Shown here one piece after another: positions 40,398 to 50,861 of a DNA stretch of 64,000 nucleotides (position 1 is its first letter; the number at the start of each line of letters is the position of its first letter). The position numbers and the translations under genes are program-made. Under the pieces are notes generated by a model. It searched no databases. It saw only the letters and a program-made list of their open reading frames with translations, and was not told the DNA's origin. The DNA is from Vulcanimicrobiota bacterium (lineage in GTDB: Bacteria > Vulcanimicrobiota > Vulcanimicrobiia > Vulcanimicrobiales > Vulcanimicrobiaceae): contig CAWAXX010000023.1 in the NCBI GenBank assembly GCA_963786105.1, forward strand, positions 32,001 to 96,000. The letters run 5' to 3'.

Positions 40398-41261
40398 CTA
40401 TAGATCCACCGAGTTCATGCGCTCCGCGCTCTTGACCACGTTGCGGAGCAAAGCGATATTGGTCACCGGGCCCACGCCGCCGGGAACGGGCGTAATCGCG
40501 CCGGCGACCTGGAACGCGCTGTCGAAATCGACGTCGCCGCGAAGCCTACCGTCGACGATGGTCGTACCCACGTCGATGACCGTTGCGCCCGGCTTCAAGT
40601 CGTCGCCTGTAATGAGTCCCGGAACGCCGGTCGCGACCACGACCACGTCGGCGTCCCGCAGAAACGGCCGCGCGGCGCCCGACTCCTTATGCAGGACGGT
40701 AACGGTTGCATCTTGCGCAAGCATCAGCAGCGCGACCGGCGCACCAACGACGATCGAGCGTCCGACCATGACGGCCCGCTTGCCGCGTAAGGGCCAGTGC
40801 GGGCTTCGTTCGAGCAGCAGCATCACTGCCGCCGGAGTGGCGGGCACGAAGTCCGTGCCGCTGCCGAAGGCAAGGTGTCCCTGATTCATGGGGTGGGAGC
40901 CATCGACGTCTTTATGGGGCGGTATCGCATCGGCGATTTGCCGGATCGGCAAGTGCGCGGGAAGCGGCTGCTGAAGCATGACCCCGTGCACGCCGGCGTC
41001 TCGATGCAAGCGTTCGAGCCGCGCGCGCACGTCGGCAATCGTCGCGTCCACCGGCAGCCGATCTACCGTTACGTCGATACCGGCGCGCTCGCCGGTCTTC
41101 GCGAGATTTCTCACGTAGGCACGGCTCGACTCGTTCTCGCCGACAAAAACGATGACGAGTTTGGGATGAATCCCAGCACCGCGTAGCGCACTCGTACGTG
41201 CAAGGAGCTCGGTGCGCAGGTCGGCGGCAAGCGCTTTCCCGTCAAGAATTTGAGCCGGCAC
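40398..41261 (-). CDS. folD: Bifunctional methylene-THF dehydrogenase/cyclohydrolase
   Basis: LDGKALA, KDVDG, GRSIVVG, PVPGGVGP. Confidence 0.93.
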   Translation of the reverse strand: MPAQILDGKALAADLRTELLARTSALRGAGIHPKLVIVFVGENESSRAYVRNLAKTGERAGIDVTVDRLPVDATIADVRARLERLHRDAGVHGVMLQQPLPAHLPIRQIADAIPPHKDVDGSHPMNQGHLAFGSGTDFVPATPAAVMLLLERSPHWPLRGKRAVMVGRSIVVGAPVALLMLAQDATVTVLHKESGAARPFLRDADVVVVATGVPGLITGDDLKPGATVIDVGTTIVDGRLRGDVDFDSAFQVAGAITPVPGGVGPVTNIALLRNVVKSAERMNSVDL

Positions 41262-41590
41262 GCCGTCGCCGATTCGTCTGCCGAAGGAGGCTTACCCCCT
41301 GGAACGCGTTCGACGGGAGATTCACCTCGACAGCCGTTTCGCGGCCGATGATTTCGAGCGCGCGTTCGACAGTTTCGTACAGACGTACAACGTTGCGCCG
41401 GAGATCGCGCGCTGTAGCCCCGAAGTTCTCGATCGCTATTGCCGTTTGTTCGAGCGGCTAGACGATGCCGCACGACACCGCGAAGTTTTGTTTCGCGGAA
41501 TTCCGATTCACGCCGCCGTTCTCCCGAGCGGCACGATTGTCTTAGAGGGCTTCGTCGACGAAGACCGCATGGGCGATTGGTAGTGCGTTC

Positions 41591-42127
41591 ATGAATCGTG
41601 GCATCGTTTGGCTCATCGTCGCGTTCGCCGGTGCCGTTGCGGCCATCGCGATCGTCGCGCCGTTCTTCGTACCCGCGTCGACGCGGCCCGCCGGTCCGGC
41701 CGGGTTCGCGGGCGAACCGGCACCGGTTTTTCCGCTCCGCGATACGACCGGCGCGCAGGTGTCGCTCGCCCAATACCGCGGCAAAATCGTCGTGATGAAT
41801 CTCTGGGGAACCTGGTGTCCGCCATGCCGTGCCGAGATGCCCGAGTTGCAGCGGCTCTCCGACGTTTATGCCGCACGCGGCGTCGTCGTGGTAGGCGTAA
41901 ATCAAGGCGAATCGACGCAACGTGCTGAGGCATTCGCGCGATCCCTGCGAATACGCTTTCCGATTTGGCTCGACGATCGCCAGCAATACGGGCGTATCTT
42001 CACCGCGCTCGGGCTTCCGACGACGGTGATCGTCGGACGCGACGGTGTCGTCACGCGCGGTTTCGATGGAGCGCTGACCTTCGCTCAGATGCAAGCGGCG
42101 ATCGCCGGGTCGGTTCCCTCGCGTTGA
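41591..42127 (+). CDS. TlpA/ResA-family disulfide reductase
   Basis: N-terminal TM, WCPPC, GLPTT. Confidence 0.9.
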   Translation: MNRGIVWLIVAFAGAVAAIAIVAPFFVPASTRPAGPAGFAGEPAPVFPLRDTTGAQVSLAQYRGKIVVMNLWGTWCPPCRAEMPELQRLSDVYAARGVVVVGVNQGESTQRAEAFARSLRIRFPIWLDDRQQYGRIFTALGLPTTVIVGRDGVVTRGFDGALTFAQMQAAIAGSVPSR

Positions 42128-43059
42128 CGTTCTTTACAGCCGTTGCCGCGAGCGTCGTCGCGGCCGTTGCCCTGGAAATCGCGCTCCCGGGGCGCGACGC
42201 GTATCACGCCGGGTGGTTCAACGTCGGGTTGTTCGCACTGATCGCAATCGTCGTGGCGCTCGCGCGTTCGCAGTTCGCGCAATCGTCCTCGCAGTTAGCG
42301 CGCGCCGGTGTCGTCGCGATCGCGTTGGGCGCGACGATCGCCGGCGTGGCGGGCGTGGCCAGCGGCCTACTCGCACCCGACAGCCGGACGGTCGTCGGAG
42401 CGCCGGGGCAGCGCGTGCGCGTCGACGAACTCGGGGGCTCGCTCGCCTTTCCGCTGGCCGATGCCGAAGTTGCGAACTCCGCCACCACCGGCGACGTCGT
42501 GCTCGAGCGGGGGAGCCGGCAACCGTTGTCGATCGGCGATCGCGGCCGCAGCACCGGAACCTTCGATTTGCGTTCGACGTTGCGTGAGGTTGCGTACGTC
42601 GACGCGCGCGACGCGCGCGGAGGCCGTCTGACGATCACGCAACCGTCGGGGTCGTCGTTCCTCTCACCCGTGCTGCTGATGCAGCAGCGCCAAACCATTG
42701 CGGGGCTGAGCGTGCCATTCGATTCGTTCGCGGTTCCGGCGGTGCACCGGATCGTTAAGGCGGTGCTGTTTACGTCGCAAGAAGCCGACCTGATGCGCGC
42801 CATGCCGGGCGGCACCGGTCCGGCCGTGCTGTTCGCCGTCGACGACGAGAACGATCGTCCGTTGCCCAACGCGATCGCCGCCGTACGAACGGGCGCAACC
42901 GTCAACGTGGGCGGTCTGATGCTGCACGCGGTGGTGTTTTCCTATCCCGCCGTCGACATCGTCGCCGTTCCGTCGCTGGCCGCCGCAATCGGCGGCGCAG
43001 TGCTCGTGTTCGGAGGCCTCATCGCTAGAGGAGCCGATCGAAATGCCGCTGGACGCTGA
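42124..43059 (+). CDS. Membrane protein, possibly ResB-like
   Basis: 3 N-terminal TM with YHAGWF, large soluble domain, C-terminal TM; follows a ResA-like gene. Confidence 0.5.
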   Translation: MTFFTAVAASVVAAVALEIALPGRDAYHAGWFNVGLFALIAIVVALARSQFAQSSSQLARAGVVAIALGATIAGVAGVASGLLAPDSRTVVGAPGQRVRVDELGGSLAFPLADAEVANSATTGDVVLERGSRQPLSIGDRGRSTGTFDLRSTLREVAYVDARDARGGRLTITQPSGSSFLSPVLLMQQRQTIAGLSVPFDSFAVPAVHRIVKAVLFTSQEADLMRAMPGGTGPAVLFAVDDENDRPLPNAIAAVRTGATVNVGGLMLHAVVFSYPAVDIVAVPSLAAAIGGAVLVFGGLIARGADRNAAGR

Positions 43060-43972
43060 CGTCGCCCGACTTCTCGAACAAATCGAAGATCCGGCGACGC
43101 CACGTATTGAGCTGCTGGACGTTGCGGAAATGCGTGCTTCGGCGGCGGTGATGGCGTCTTGGATGGGCGAGGCTCCGGCAGTTGCCGGCGTGCGTCACGT
43201 AGCCATTCCCGGCCCGGGAGGATCCATCATGGCTCGGGCCTATTATCCGGTGACGGGGAAGCTGCTGCCGGTCCTCGCGTTCTTTCATGGCGGTGGATGG
43301 GTTTTCGGCTCGGTGCAAAACGTCGACGTACCCTGCCGCGAACTCGCGAACGCCTCGGGCTGCATCGTCTTGGCGGCGCAATACCGGCTCGCACCAGAGG
43401 CGCCGTTTCCGGCCGCCGTCCTCGACGCGCACGCCGTTCTCGCGTGGGCGTTTGCGAACGCCGAATCGATCTCCGCCGATCCGGCGCGCGTCGTTGCCGG
43501 CGGCGACAGTGCGGGCGCCAATCTCGCGATCTCTGCAACGCTCCTCGCGCGCGACCGCGGCGAATCGTTGCCGATGCATCAGCTGCTGATGTATCCGGTG
43601 CTCGACCCATACCTCCAAGGAGCGTCGTACCGCGAGTTCGGCGACGGCTACCTGCTCTCGAGAGCGGCCGTCGTTCGCGACTGGACGCTGTACCTGCGCG
43701 ACGATCTCGACAAAGCGAACCCGTATGCCGCGCCGCTGCAAGCACGATCGTTGAAGGGGATGCCGCCGGCCACGATCCTCGCTGCGCAGTACGATCCGGT
43801 ACGCGACGACGGCGCCGCGTACGCGAAGCGTTTGCGGGACGACGGCGTCGAGGTGGAGTACCGTTGTTTCGACGGCCTCGTTCATGCTGCGTTTCAAATG
43901 GCCAACGTCAGTCCGCGCGCGCGGGAATTCTTACACGCCGCCGCCGCCGCCCTCAAACGCCTTACCACGTGA
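43043..43972 (+). CDS. Alpha/beta hydrolase (HSL-family esterase)
   Basis: HGGGW, GDSAG, DPVRDDG, catalytic His near the C-terminus. Confidence 0.92.
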   Translation: MPLDADVARLLEQIEDPATPRIELLDVAEMRASAAVMASWMGEAPAVAGVRHVAIPGPGGSIMARAYYPVTGKLLPVLAFFHGGGWVFGSVQNVDVPCRELANASGCIVLAAQYRLAPEAPFPAAVLDAHAVLAWAFANAESISADPARVVAGGDSAGANLAISATLLARDRGESLPMHQLLMYPVLDPYLQGASYREFGDGYLLSRAAVVRDWTLYLRDDLDKANPYAAPLQARSLKGMPPATILAAQYDPVRDDGAAYAKRLRDDGVEVEYRCFDGLVHAAFQMANVSPRAREFLHAAAAALKRLTT

Positions 43973-44081
43973 TTATCCCGAGCGAAGCGGCCCATGAAGC
44001 ACCACACTTCGCTGGTACGGTTCCATAGCGGCGACTGCGTCCTTCGACTGCGCGCCGTCGGCGCTCCGCTCAGGATGACAC
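43970..44081. repeat. REP-like repeat family B, copy with both inverted ends
   Basis: TGATTATCCCGAGCGAAGCG ... CGCTCCGCTCAGGATGACA; right part matches 5686-5740. Confidence 0.75.
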
Positions 44082-44112
44082 CAGCACGTGCCTCCGCGCA
44101 GGACGCTGCGGT

Positions 44113-45456
44113 TTAGAAGTCCGTGACGGAGGTGAAGGCGAAGCCGGAGATCTTCGCGGTTGGAACGACCAGCGAGTAGTGGTAACTGCCGGTGCGGACT
44201 TGCGTGTCCGAGAACTCGCAGTGCCGCAGCAGATCGAGAATGCTGACGTTGAAGCGCATATTGCGGACTCCGTGCGTAACTCGGCCGTTCTCGACCAAAA
44301 ACGTTCCGTCGCGCGTCATTCCGGTAACGATTGCGCGCTTGCGGTCGACGGTGCGGACGTACCAGAAGCGTGAAACAAGGAGGCCCCGTTCGGTTTCGGC
44401 GACCAGCCGTTCGACGCTCTTGTTCCCGCCGGCGACGACGACGTTCCGGGGCTGCGGCCCGTACGCGTTGGGAGCCGGAAGCGCGTGGCCGGTGTTCGGG
44501 CGCTGGAGCTTGTTTGCGTAGTAGCTATCGGTCACGACGTTACGCGCGACGCCGTTCTCGACGAGCGCAAGGCGTTGCGTCGGCTGGCCTTCGAAATCGA
44601 ACGGCATGCCAGGTGCGAGCGGATGGGCAAAATCATCCGCGACGGTGACGTTCTCCGAAAAATACGAGCGATCGAGCCCGTCGCTGCAAAACGACGACCC
44701 TTCTTCGAAGGATTGGGCAGAGAAGTGATTTGCAAGATAGATGAAAAGTTCGCCAAATGCCGGCGGATCGAGAATAACGGTCCATTCCCCAGGTTCGACG
44801 GCGCGCGGGACGGCGCTCGCGCGTGCTTTTTCCACCGCGACCTTGCCGATCGCCGCTGCATCGATCGCGCCGACGGCGGCGGAATACCCTTCGCCAAAAC
44901 CGGTCGAGTCGGACGCGGTCATTTTAACGTTTACGGCGGCGTCGGTTCCGTCGAACGATGCGAGCGCGCCCGAGGTGTTTGCAAGCGTCAGCCCGCTGGT
45001 GGAAGTGGCGGCAAAACCCGCCGACCAATAGCCGGCGTTTTCGGCTTCGCGAAAGATCGCGTCGCACATTGCCGCGCGACGATCCGCACCGGCGTTCTCG
45101 GTCGCCGGATCGAACGCATGGCGGGGCGCCTGCGCCGGCCCACCGGCCGGCAGCGAGCCTTGGAGCGGGTCTTCCGGCGCGAGCGCCGCGATAGCGCCGG
45201 CGCGTGCAACGACGTCGCGTAACGACTTCTCATCGAATCGATTGGTCTGTGCGACGCCCGTTCGTCCCGCTAGGATGGCGCGCACCGAGATGGCGACGTC
45301 GCTGGCGGCGACGTTTTGGTTCGACATTTCGTGCGTAAAGCGCGTCAGCGTTGCGTCGCTCGTCGAAACCAGCACTTCGGTTTGATCGGCGGCCGACAGT
45401 TCCAAAACGTGCGCGGCGATGTTTTCCCGCAGCGCGGCACTCCCGGCGTTATTCAC
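44113..45456 (-). CDS. TldE/PmbA family protein
   Basis: PFDFEG, TGHA, TGMTRDG; follows tldD. Confidence 0.88.
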   Translation of the reverse strand: MNNAGSAALRENIAAHVLELSAADQTEVLVSTSDATLTRFTHEMSNQNVAASDVAISVRAILAGRTGVAQTNRFDEKSLRDVVARAGAIAALAPEDPLQGSLPAGGPAQAPRHAFDPATENAGADRRAAMCDAIFREAENAGYWSAGFAATSTSGLTLANTSGALASFDGTDAAVNVKMTASDSTGFGEGYSAAVGAIDAAAIGKVAVEKARASAVPRAVEPGEWTVILDPPAFGELFIYLANHFSAQSFEEGSSFCSDGLDRSYFSENVTVADDFAHPLAPGMPFDFEGQPTQRLALVENGVARNVVTDSYYANKLQRPNTGHALPAPNAYGPQPRNVVVAGGNKSVERLVAETERGLLVSRFWYVRTVDRKRAIVTGMTRDGTFLVENGRVTHGVRNMRFNVSILDLLRHCEFSDTQVRTGSYHYSLVVPTAKISGFAFTSVTDF

Positions 45457-46900
45457 GATACCCTGCGCCCACGCTCACGCCGCGAAACCGCGCCGGTGCG
45501 GCTGCCTGCGTCGTGCGTCCGGTCTGCATCGGTTCGCCTTTCCCGCAGTTGGGCGTTCCCCACGCGAACCACGAGCGCTCGTCGGCGATCGCATCGCACG
45601 CATTCCAAAACTGTGGAGTCATTCCGGCGTAGGTCGGATTCTTCACCAGCCGCCCGCGCTTACCGTTCTTTATCTCCCAACCCATCTCGCACCCGAACTG
45701 GAAGTTCAAGCGTCGGTCGTCAATCGACCACGAGCGGTTACTTTCCATGTAGATGCCGTCTTTGACGTTGTCGAACAGATGCTCGAAGGGTACGGTGCCG
45801 GGCAGCAGGCTCAGATTGCACATCCGGATCATCGGCATACATTCCCATCCCTGCGCACGCACGCACGCGTTGCTTTCCAGGCCGATCGCGCGAGCCGTAT
45901 CGTTGCTCATTTCATATCCCGCTAAAACGCCGTTTCGAACGATGTCGGAGCGAACCGATTTCGTGCCTTCGTCGTCGTATCCGCAGGTTGCCATGCCGTG
46001 GTCGAGCGTGTTATCGACGACGATCGTCACCAGATCCGATCCGTATTTCAGCTCTCCGAGCTGGTCGGTCTCCAGAAAGCTGGTGCCGGAGAAGTTTGCT
46101 TCCCATCCCATCACCCGGTCGAGTTCCGCAGGGTGACCGCACGATTCGTGAATTTGCAACGACATTTGCGAGCCGCCGAGAATGACGTCGAGGGTTCCGC
46201 TCGGGCACTGCGGCGCGCGTAACAGCCGCGTCGCCTCCTCGGCGATGCGCGGCGCTCCCTCGAGCAAGCGCGCCCGCTCGACGATTTCCCAGCCACCCGA
46301 CTGGTAGAGACCGACGTCGCCGGGATACGTCCGAACCTGAACGTCGTCGTTTCCGACCGCCATCGCTTCGAGCCCCGCTCCAGACTGGGTGATTTGTTGG
46401 AAAATGCGCGATCCGATCGTGCTGAAAAAATACTTGTCGGCTCGCCAGAGGTCGAGCCACGCCCGCCCGACCGCAATCTCCGAGGGACCGTGAAGCATCC
46501 GTTCGGCGTCGAGCAGAAGTGCGACGCGCTCGCCCAGCGGGACGCTCGCCGGGTCGCATCGCATCGGAGTAACGAAGGTGTCGGCGTAGCTGCGGCTGGG
46601 AGCGGCACCGATGCGGCGGCGGCCGATAGCGGCGCTCGCTCGAGCGATCGACACCGCGCGCGCTGCTGCTGCATCGACGCCGGCATCGCTGGTATCAGCG
46701 CTGGCAGCAAATCCCCACGCGCCGTCCACCAAGGCACGAATGCCGAAACCGGTGCTGCTCGAATCGGCGAGCGTAGCGACGACGCCGTTACGCACCTCGA
46801 TCCGTTCGGTTCGAACCGTCTCGAAACGGACGTCCGCGTAGCTCGCGCCGCGCGACCTTGAGGTGTCGAGGGCGCGCCCTGCAAGAGTTTCAAATTCCAC
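45449..46900 (-). CDS. tldD: TldD metalloprotease
   Basis: HESCGH zinc motif, YDDEG, CGKGEP. Confidence 0.92.
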   Translation of the reverse strand: MEFETLAGRALDTSRSRGASYADVRFETVRTERIEVRNGVVATLADSSSTGFGIRALVDGAWGFAASADTSDAGVDAAAARAVSIARASAAIGRRRIGAAPSRSYADTFVTPMRCDPASVPLGERVALLLDAERMLHGPSEIAVGRAWLDLWRADKYFFSTIGSRIFQQITQSGAGLEAMAVGNDDVQVRTYPGDVGLYQSGGWEIVERARLLEGAPRIAEEATRLLRAPQCPSGTLDVILGGSQMSLQIHESCGHPAELDRVMGWEANFSGTSFLETDQLGELKYGSDLVTIVVDNTLDHGMATCGYDDEGTKSVRSDIVRNGVLAGYEMSNDTARAIGLESNACVRAQGWECMPMIRMCNLSLLPGTVPFEHLFDNVKDGIYMESNRSWSIDDRRLNFQFGCEMGWEIKNGKRGRLVKNPTYAGMTPQFWNACDAIADERSWFAWGTPNCGKGEPMQTGRTTQAAAPARFRGVSVGAGYRE

Positions 46901-46914
46901 GGCGTTTGAGCTTC

Positions 46915-49023
46915 CTAGTTCCCCGCAACGACGGCTCGGACGTTTCTCAGCACGATTTGACCACTCGACAGTTGCATTCCCTTCGGAGGCAGCACGTAAA
47001 TCGACAGCAAACGCTCGGCTTGCGAAGCTTCGGCGGAAAAACGCACGACGATGTGACGCCAGCCCGGCTGGTCGAGCCGCGCGGCGTCGGCCAGCACGTC
47101 TTCGTTGATAGCGTTGCGCAACGCGTATCGCAGACGCGATGCGCTCCCGTCGTCCAGTACGTCGAAAGACAAACCGATCGTATCCGCAGGCAGCGGAAAG
47201 TCGGCCATTGCATACGCCGCGCGTTCGTTGTTCCCGAACGAATACGTGAGCCGCACGCAACTGCCGCACTGCGGATCGCGGCTGAGGCTGCCGCTGCCTC
47301 CACGCGGCACCGTCGAAAACCGCGCGCGGTCGGCGAACGGCAGCGCTACTTCGTGCGATCCAACGGTAATGCGCGTGCTGGCCGAGACCCCGCCGATGAG
47401 TACGGCAACCTGGGCGTTGCGCGATCCGGCGCGATACCGGCCCCGGCCGTCGATGGAGCCCGCCGTTGCATGCCACGACAGCACGGACGGAAGGGCAAGC
47501 GGGTAGCCACGGGCATCGAAGGCGCGTGCCGAAAGCGCCAGCGTTCCGCCATTGTCGACGTTGGGTTTTGGCGGCTCGATCGCGATACCGGACGGTGCCG
47601 GTTGCACCTCGAGCGCAACCGTCCCCTTGAGCGCACCGCTGCGCATCAGGATGCGACCGGATCCCGGCCTCCGCGCGTAAAACGAATTCTCGCGAAACTT
47701 GCCCAGGGACGCCGGCTCGACCGCCGCGGAAATGGCGCCGGTCGGAGCGACGTGATTTGCTGCGTCGACGGCGGCGACGCGCAACGGTACGACGGCGCCG
47801 CCGACGGCGCGTATGACGCCAGGTTGCGCGACCAACCGCACCGCGGGTCCTACCGGGGCGGTACTGTAGATGAAGAGTCCGTTGCCAACTGGGCGCTCGA
47901 CCTTATCCGACGGGCTATTCGCAACTTCCGACGATGCGTCGCCGAGCCGGCGAACGGCGATGGTCGACGACCCGCCGCCGTCAAACGCCAGACCTTCGCT
48001 CGCTCCGAGCGCACGCATCAGGGCGGCGAGCTCGCGCCGCGTGAGCCCGACGCTGATCGATGGCTGACGGCCGTCCACTTCGATAAGGAAGAGGCGCCCA
48101 TCGGGTGCGATAGCTGCGCCGGTACAAGGAATGCGTTTCTCGTACTCGCCTCCGTTGGGGCCATTGGGATCGTCGGTCCACTCTCCTGCGTGCAGGATGA
48201 GCGGTCCGCCGCCGATCGCGGTGGCGATCGACTCGAGACCGATCGGCGAAAGATCGCCGCTCGCCGTCACGACGTCGCCGATCGCCGGGACCGTGACGAA
48301 GTTGTATGCGCCGGGTCCGATTGCAACGTAGTATCCGGGCGGCTGCGCGGTCAGATTATCGACCACGGCGGTGACGCGATAGCGCGTCAGCGGCGGCGTT
48401 CCGCCGAGCGGCTGCAGCGCGATCAGGGTGACGTTTTCGAGCGGCGGAACGGTTCCGTACGCTGGGGTGAGTAGCGATGTGCCGGCGTCCGGCGGGGATC
48501 GATCGACGGCGTCGAGCGACGTCGTTCGATCGCCGATCTGGACCTGTCCCATGAAATTGAATTCGGCGATCTGCGGCACGCCATCGCGCGTGACGGCGAG
48601 CGCGTAGCGGTTTCGAGGCATTTGCAGCATGACGCCGGCGCGCACCACGATATTGGTGGGCCGGTAGGTATTGCCAATATCGAAATAGTCGCCGTTAACT
48701 CCGGCTACGGCGCCCGTTCGCTTGGCCATCGACCCGACGGTTTCGCCCCGCGACTCCAACGCATCGTGGGCGAGCACTTCGCCGACTCGTACGTCGCCGC
48801 GACGCGGTTCGACGGCGACCACGCGGACGACCACCGGGCCGATGGCGGTGCGCAGCGCGTACTCGCCAAACGTGATGCCGGGAGCGACGGTTTCGATCGT
48901 CGGGGCCTCCTGGGCGATGCTCGGAAAAGGAGCGCCGGGCGACAGCTGAGCCGGCAAGTCGCTTGCCCGCGCGGGCAGTGGTGCTAAGACGAGCGCCGCG
49001 ACGGCAACCGCGAGGAGCTTCAT
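46915..49023 (-). CDS. Exported phosphodiester glycosidase (NAGPA-like) multidomain protein
   Basis: Signal peptide, VNGDYF, IGGGP, VDGRQ, FDGGGS. Confidence 0.85.
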   Translation of the reverse strand: MKLLAVAVAALVLAPLPARASDLPAQLSPGAPFPSIAQEAPTIETVAPGITFGEYALRTAIGPVVVRVVAVEPRRGDVRVGEVLAHDALESRGETVGSMAKRTGAVAGVNGDYFDIGNTYRPTNIVVRAGVMLQMPRNRYALAVTRDGVPQIAEFNFMGQVQIGDRTTSLDAVDRSPPDAGTSLLTPAYGTVPPLENVTLIALQPLGGTPPLTRYRVTAVVDNLTAQPPGYYVAIGPGAYNFVTVPAIGDVVTASGDLSPIGLESIATAIGGGPLILHAGEWTDDPNGPNGGEYEKRIPCTGAAIAPDGRLFLIEVDGRQPSISVGLTRRELAALMRALGASEGLAFDGGGSSTIAVRRLGDASSEVANSPSDKVERPVGNGLFIYSTAPVGPAVRLVAQPGVIRAVGGAVVPLRVAAVDAANHVAPTGAISAAVEPASLGKFRENSFYARRPGSGRILMRSGALKGTVALEVQPAPSGIAIEPPKPNVDNGGTLALSARAFDARGYPLALPSVLSWHATAGSIDGRGRYRAGSRNAQVAVLIGGVSASTRITVGSHEVALPFADRARFSTVPRGGSGSLSRDPQCGSCVRLTYSFGNNERAAYAMADFPLPADTIGLSFDVLDDGSASRLRYALRNAINEDVLADAARLDQPGWRHIVVRFSAEASQAERLLSIYVLPPKGMQLSSGQIVLRNVRAVVAGN

Positions 49024-50285
49024 CGGCGTCGCGAACGGCGCGCAGGCCATACGGCTACCGCGAGCGGATACGCGCCGGTCGGAAACGGGGCACCGGCGAT
49101 GCGGTGCAGGGTCGTCGCGTCGAAAACATCGACGGCGTCGTCGCGCGCACACGGCACATAGAGGCGCCGGCGGGCCGGATCGAGTGCCGGTTTCCAGGGC
49201 GTACGGCACGTCGACAGTGCCCGATGTTTTCGGCGCAGCGTTCGCGCGTCGAGTACGTCGACGACGTCGAGCGCTTCGTCGGTGACGAAGAGCGTCGCGG
49301 TCGCGGCGTCAAGCACCGCTCCTAGCGGGAACGTGAGGTCGCCGCTTCGCGCGACCACGCGCGGCACCGCGCGGGTGAGATCGATCGCTACGGCGGCTCC
49401 GGGGGCAGCAAACGGCGATCCCGCACTCTGATTGGATATTCCGTATAGCCGCGAACCGTCGGCGGAGAGTGCGAGCGAAAAAACGCGCGCAATGGCCGAA
49501 AACCTGCGAACGAGGCGCATTGAGCGCGCGTCGATGGCGGCGACGGTGCCGTCGTTGACATTTGCGACGTAGACGATCTGACGGCGGGAATCGATGGCCA
49601 AACCTTCGGCCGTTTGACCGGTCGCAACGTGACTGGTTTGACCGCCGGCGGCGATGCGCGTGAGCGCGCCGTTGCCGTTGAGGTCCCGGTTGGTTACGAA
49701 GATCGCTCCCGTGCTGCCGTCGATGGCAACTTCGTCCCCCAGCGGGACGCCACCGACGTGTGAGACGGACCATGGAGCCAGCGATGCAACCGTTACCGAC
49801 GAACCTTGCGTGTCGGTCGCGGCGAGCCGCCCCGCGTCGTCGATGGCCGCATCGCTGGGCGTTCCGCCGGTTGCGAGAACGCCCAACACGGAAAAGTCGT
49901 GCGGGTCGTGAAATACGATGCCGTCGTCGTAACTAGCCACCGCTAAGAATGCGCGCGATGCCGAAGGCGGATCCCCGATGCGCAAGTTGCGGGCCGCCAA
50001 GCCTTTTTCGTTTCCGGCAATCAGCGTGACGGTTCCAGGTGCGACGCCTTCGGGCACGACGTAACGTCCGTCGTCGCTTAGGCTGCCCGCGCCGGAGATC
50101 GCGACGTGATACGGGACCGGAAATCCGTCGACGCGCACCGGGATGATACTCCCAGCAACGTACGGCCATCGCGTCGCGACGATGGTCCCGACGGCGCGGT
50201 ATCCTTGCGGCGCACGATCGATACTCGAGCAGAGCGCCGGCATTGCTGCTGCGGCGACCGCAAACGCGAGCGTGCGAGAGGTCAA
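49020..50285 (-). CDS. YncE-like beta-propeller protein
   Basis: Repeated blades (VYVAN..GTVAAID, LFVTD..VVDVLD, LYVPC..AVDVFD). Confidence 0.7.
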   Translation of the reverse strand: MTSRTLAFAVAAAAMPALCSSIDRAPQGYRAVGTIVATRWPYVAGSIIPVRVDGFPVPYHVAISGAGSLSDDGRYVVPEGVAPGTVTLIAGNEKGLAARNLRIGDPPSASRAFLAVASYDDGIVFHDPHDFSVLGVLATGGTPSDAAIDDAGRLAATDTQGSSVTVASLAPWSVSHVGGVPLGDEVAIDGSTGAIFVTNRDLNGNGALTRIAAGGQTSHVATGQTAEGLAIDSRRQIVYVANVNDGTVAAIDARSMRLVRRFSAIARVFSLALSADGSRLYGISNQSAGSPFAAPGAAVAIDLTRAVPRVVARSGDLTFPLGAVLDAATATLFVTDEALDVVDVLDARTLRRKHRALSTCRTPWKPALDPARRRLYVPCARDDAVDVFDATTLHRIAGAPFPTGAYPLAVAVWPARRSRRR

Positions 50286-50851
50286 GCCTGAAAGTATCCG
50301 ATGATGAGGAAGACGATTCCGGCCAGGCTGATGGCGCACCCGACGGTGAGGAAGGCACGGTTTCGCACCAGCGTCGAGATCGAAACGAGCACGATCGCGA
50401 TATCGAAGAACGTCGTGGCCAGCTGGAGCGTTTCGTAGGATTTTAAGACCTTCTCCGACAGAAGGTCGTCGTCTTCGGAGGCTGCCTCGAGCGACTGCGC
50501 CTTGGCAAGGACGCCCGGCGACGTTTTGCGCTCGCGGTTCGCGAGCGCGGTCAACGCTTGCCGCGCCTCGGGCGTCCGTGCAATGTCCGATGCAATGAGG
50601 GTTTGGGCCACTTGGTAACGGACTTGCTTCGCTTCGTACTTGCTGTAGGCGTCCGACGCGCGTGCCTGCGAAAGAATTGCCTGGTTTTTCGTGGTCAGCG
50701 CCGAGATCGAACGGTGATGCGCGAACAGCGTGCCCAGCGCCGCCAGGACGGCGACGATCGCGATGACGACCGACGTAATCCGGTCGCCACGTACGGCCGC
50801 GCCCCGCACCTCGTCGGCCTCAGCCAAGGTTCTGTGAACGTTCTCCGACAC
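50282..50851 (-). CDS. DUF4337-like membrane protein
   Basis: TM, ASDAYSKYEAK coiled region, 2 C-terminal TM. Confidence 0.7.
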   Translation of the reverse strand: MSENVHRTLAEADEVRGAAVRGDRITSVVIAIVAVLAALGTLFAHHRSISALTTKNQAILSQARASDAYSKYEAKQVRYQVAQTLIASDIARTPEARQALTALANRERKTSPGVLAKAQSLEAASEDDDLLSEKVLKSYETLQLATTFFDIAIVLVSISTLVRNRAFLTVGCAISLAGIVFLIIGYFQA

Positions 50852-50861
50852 GAGCGATCCC

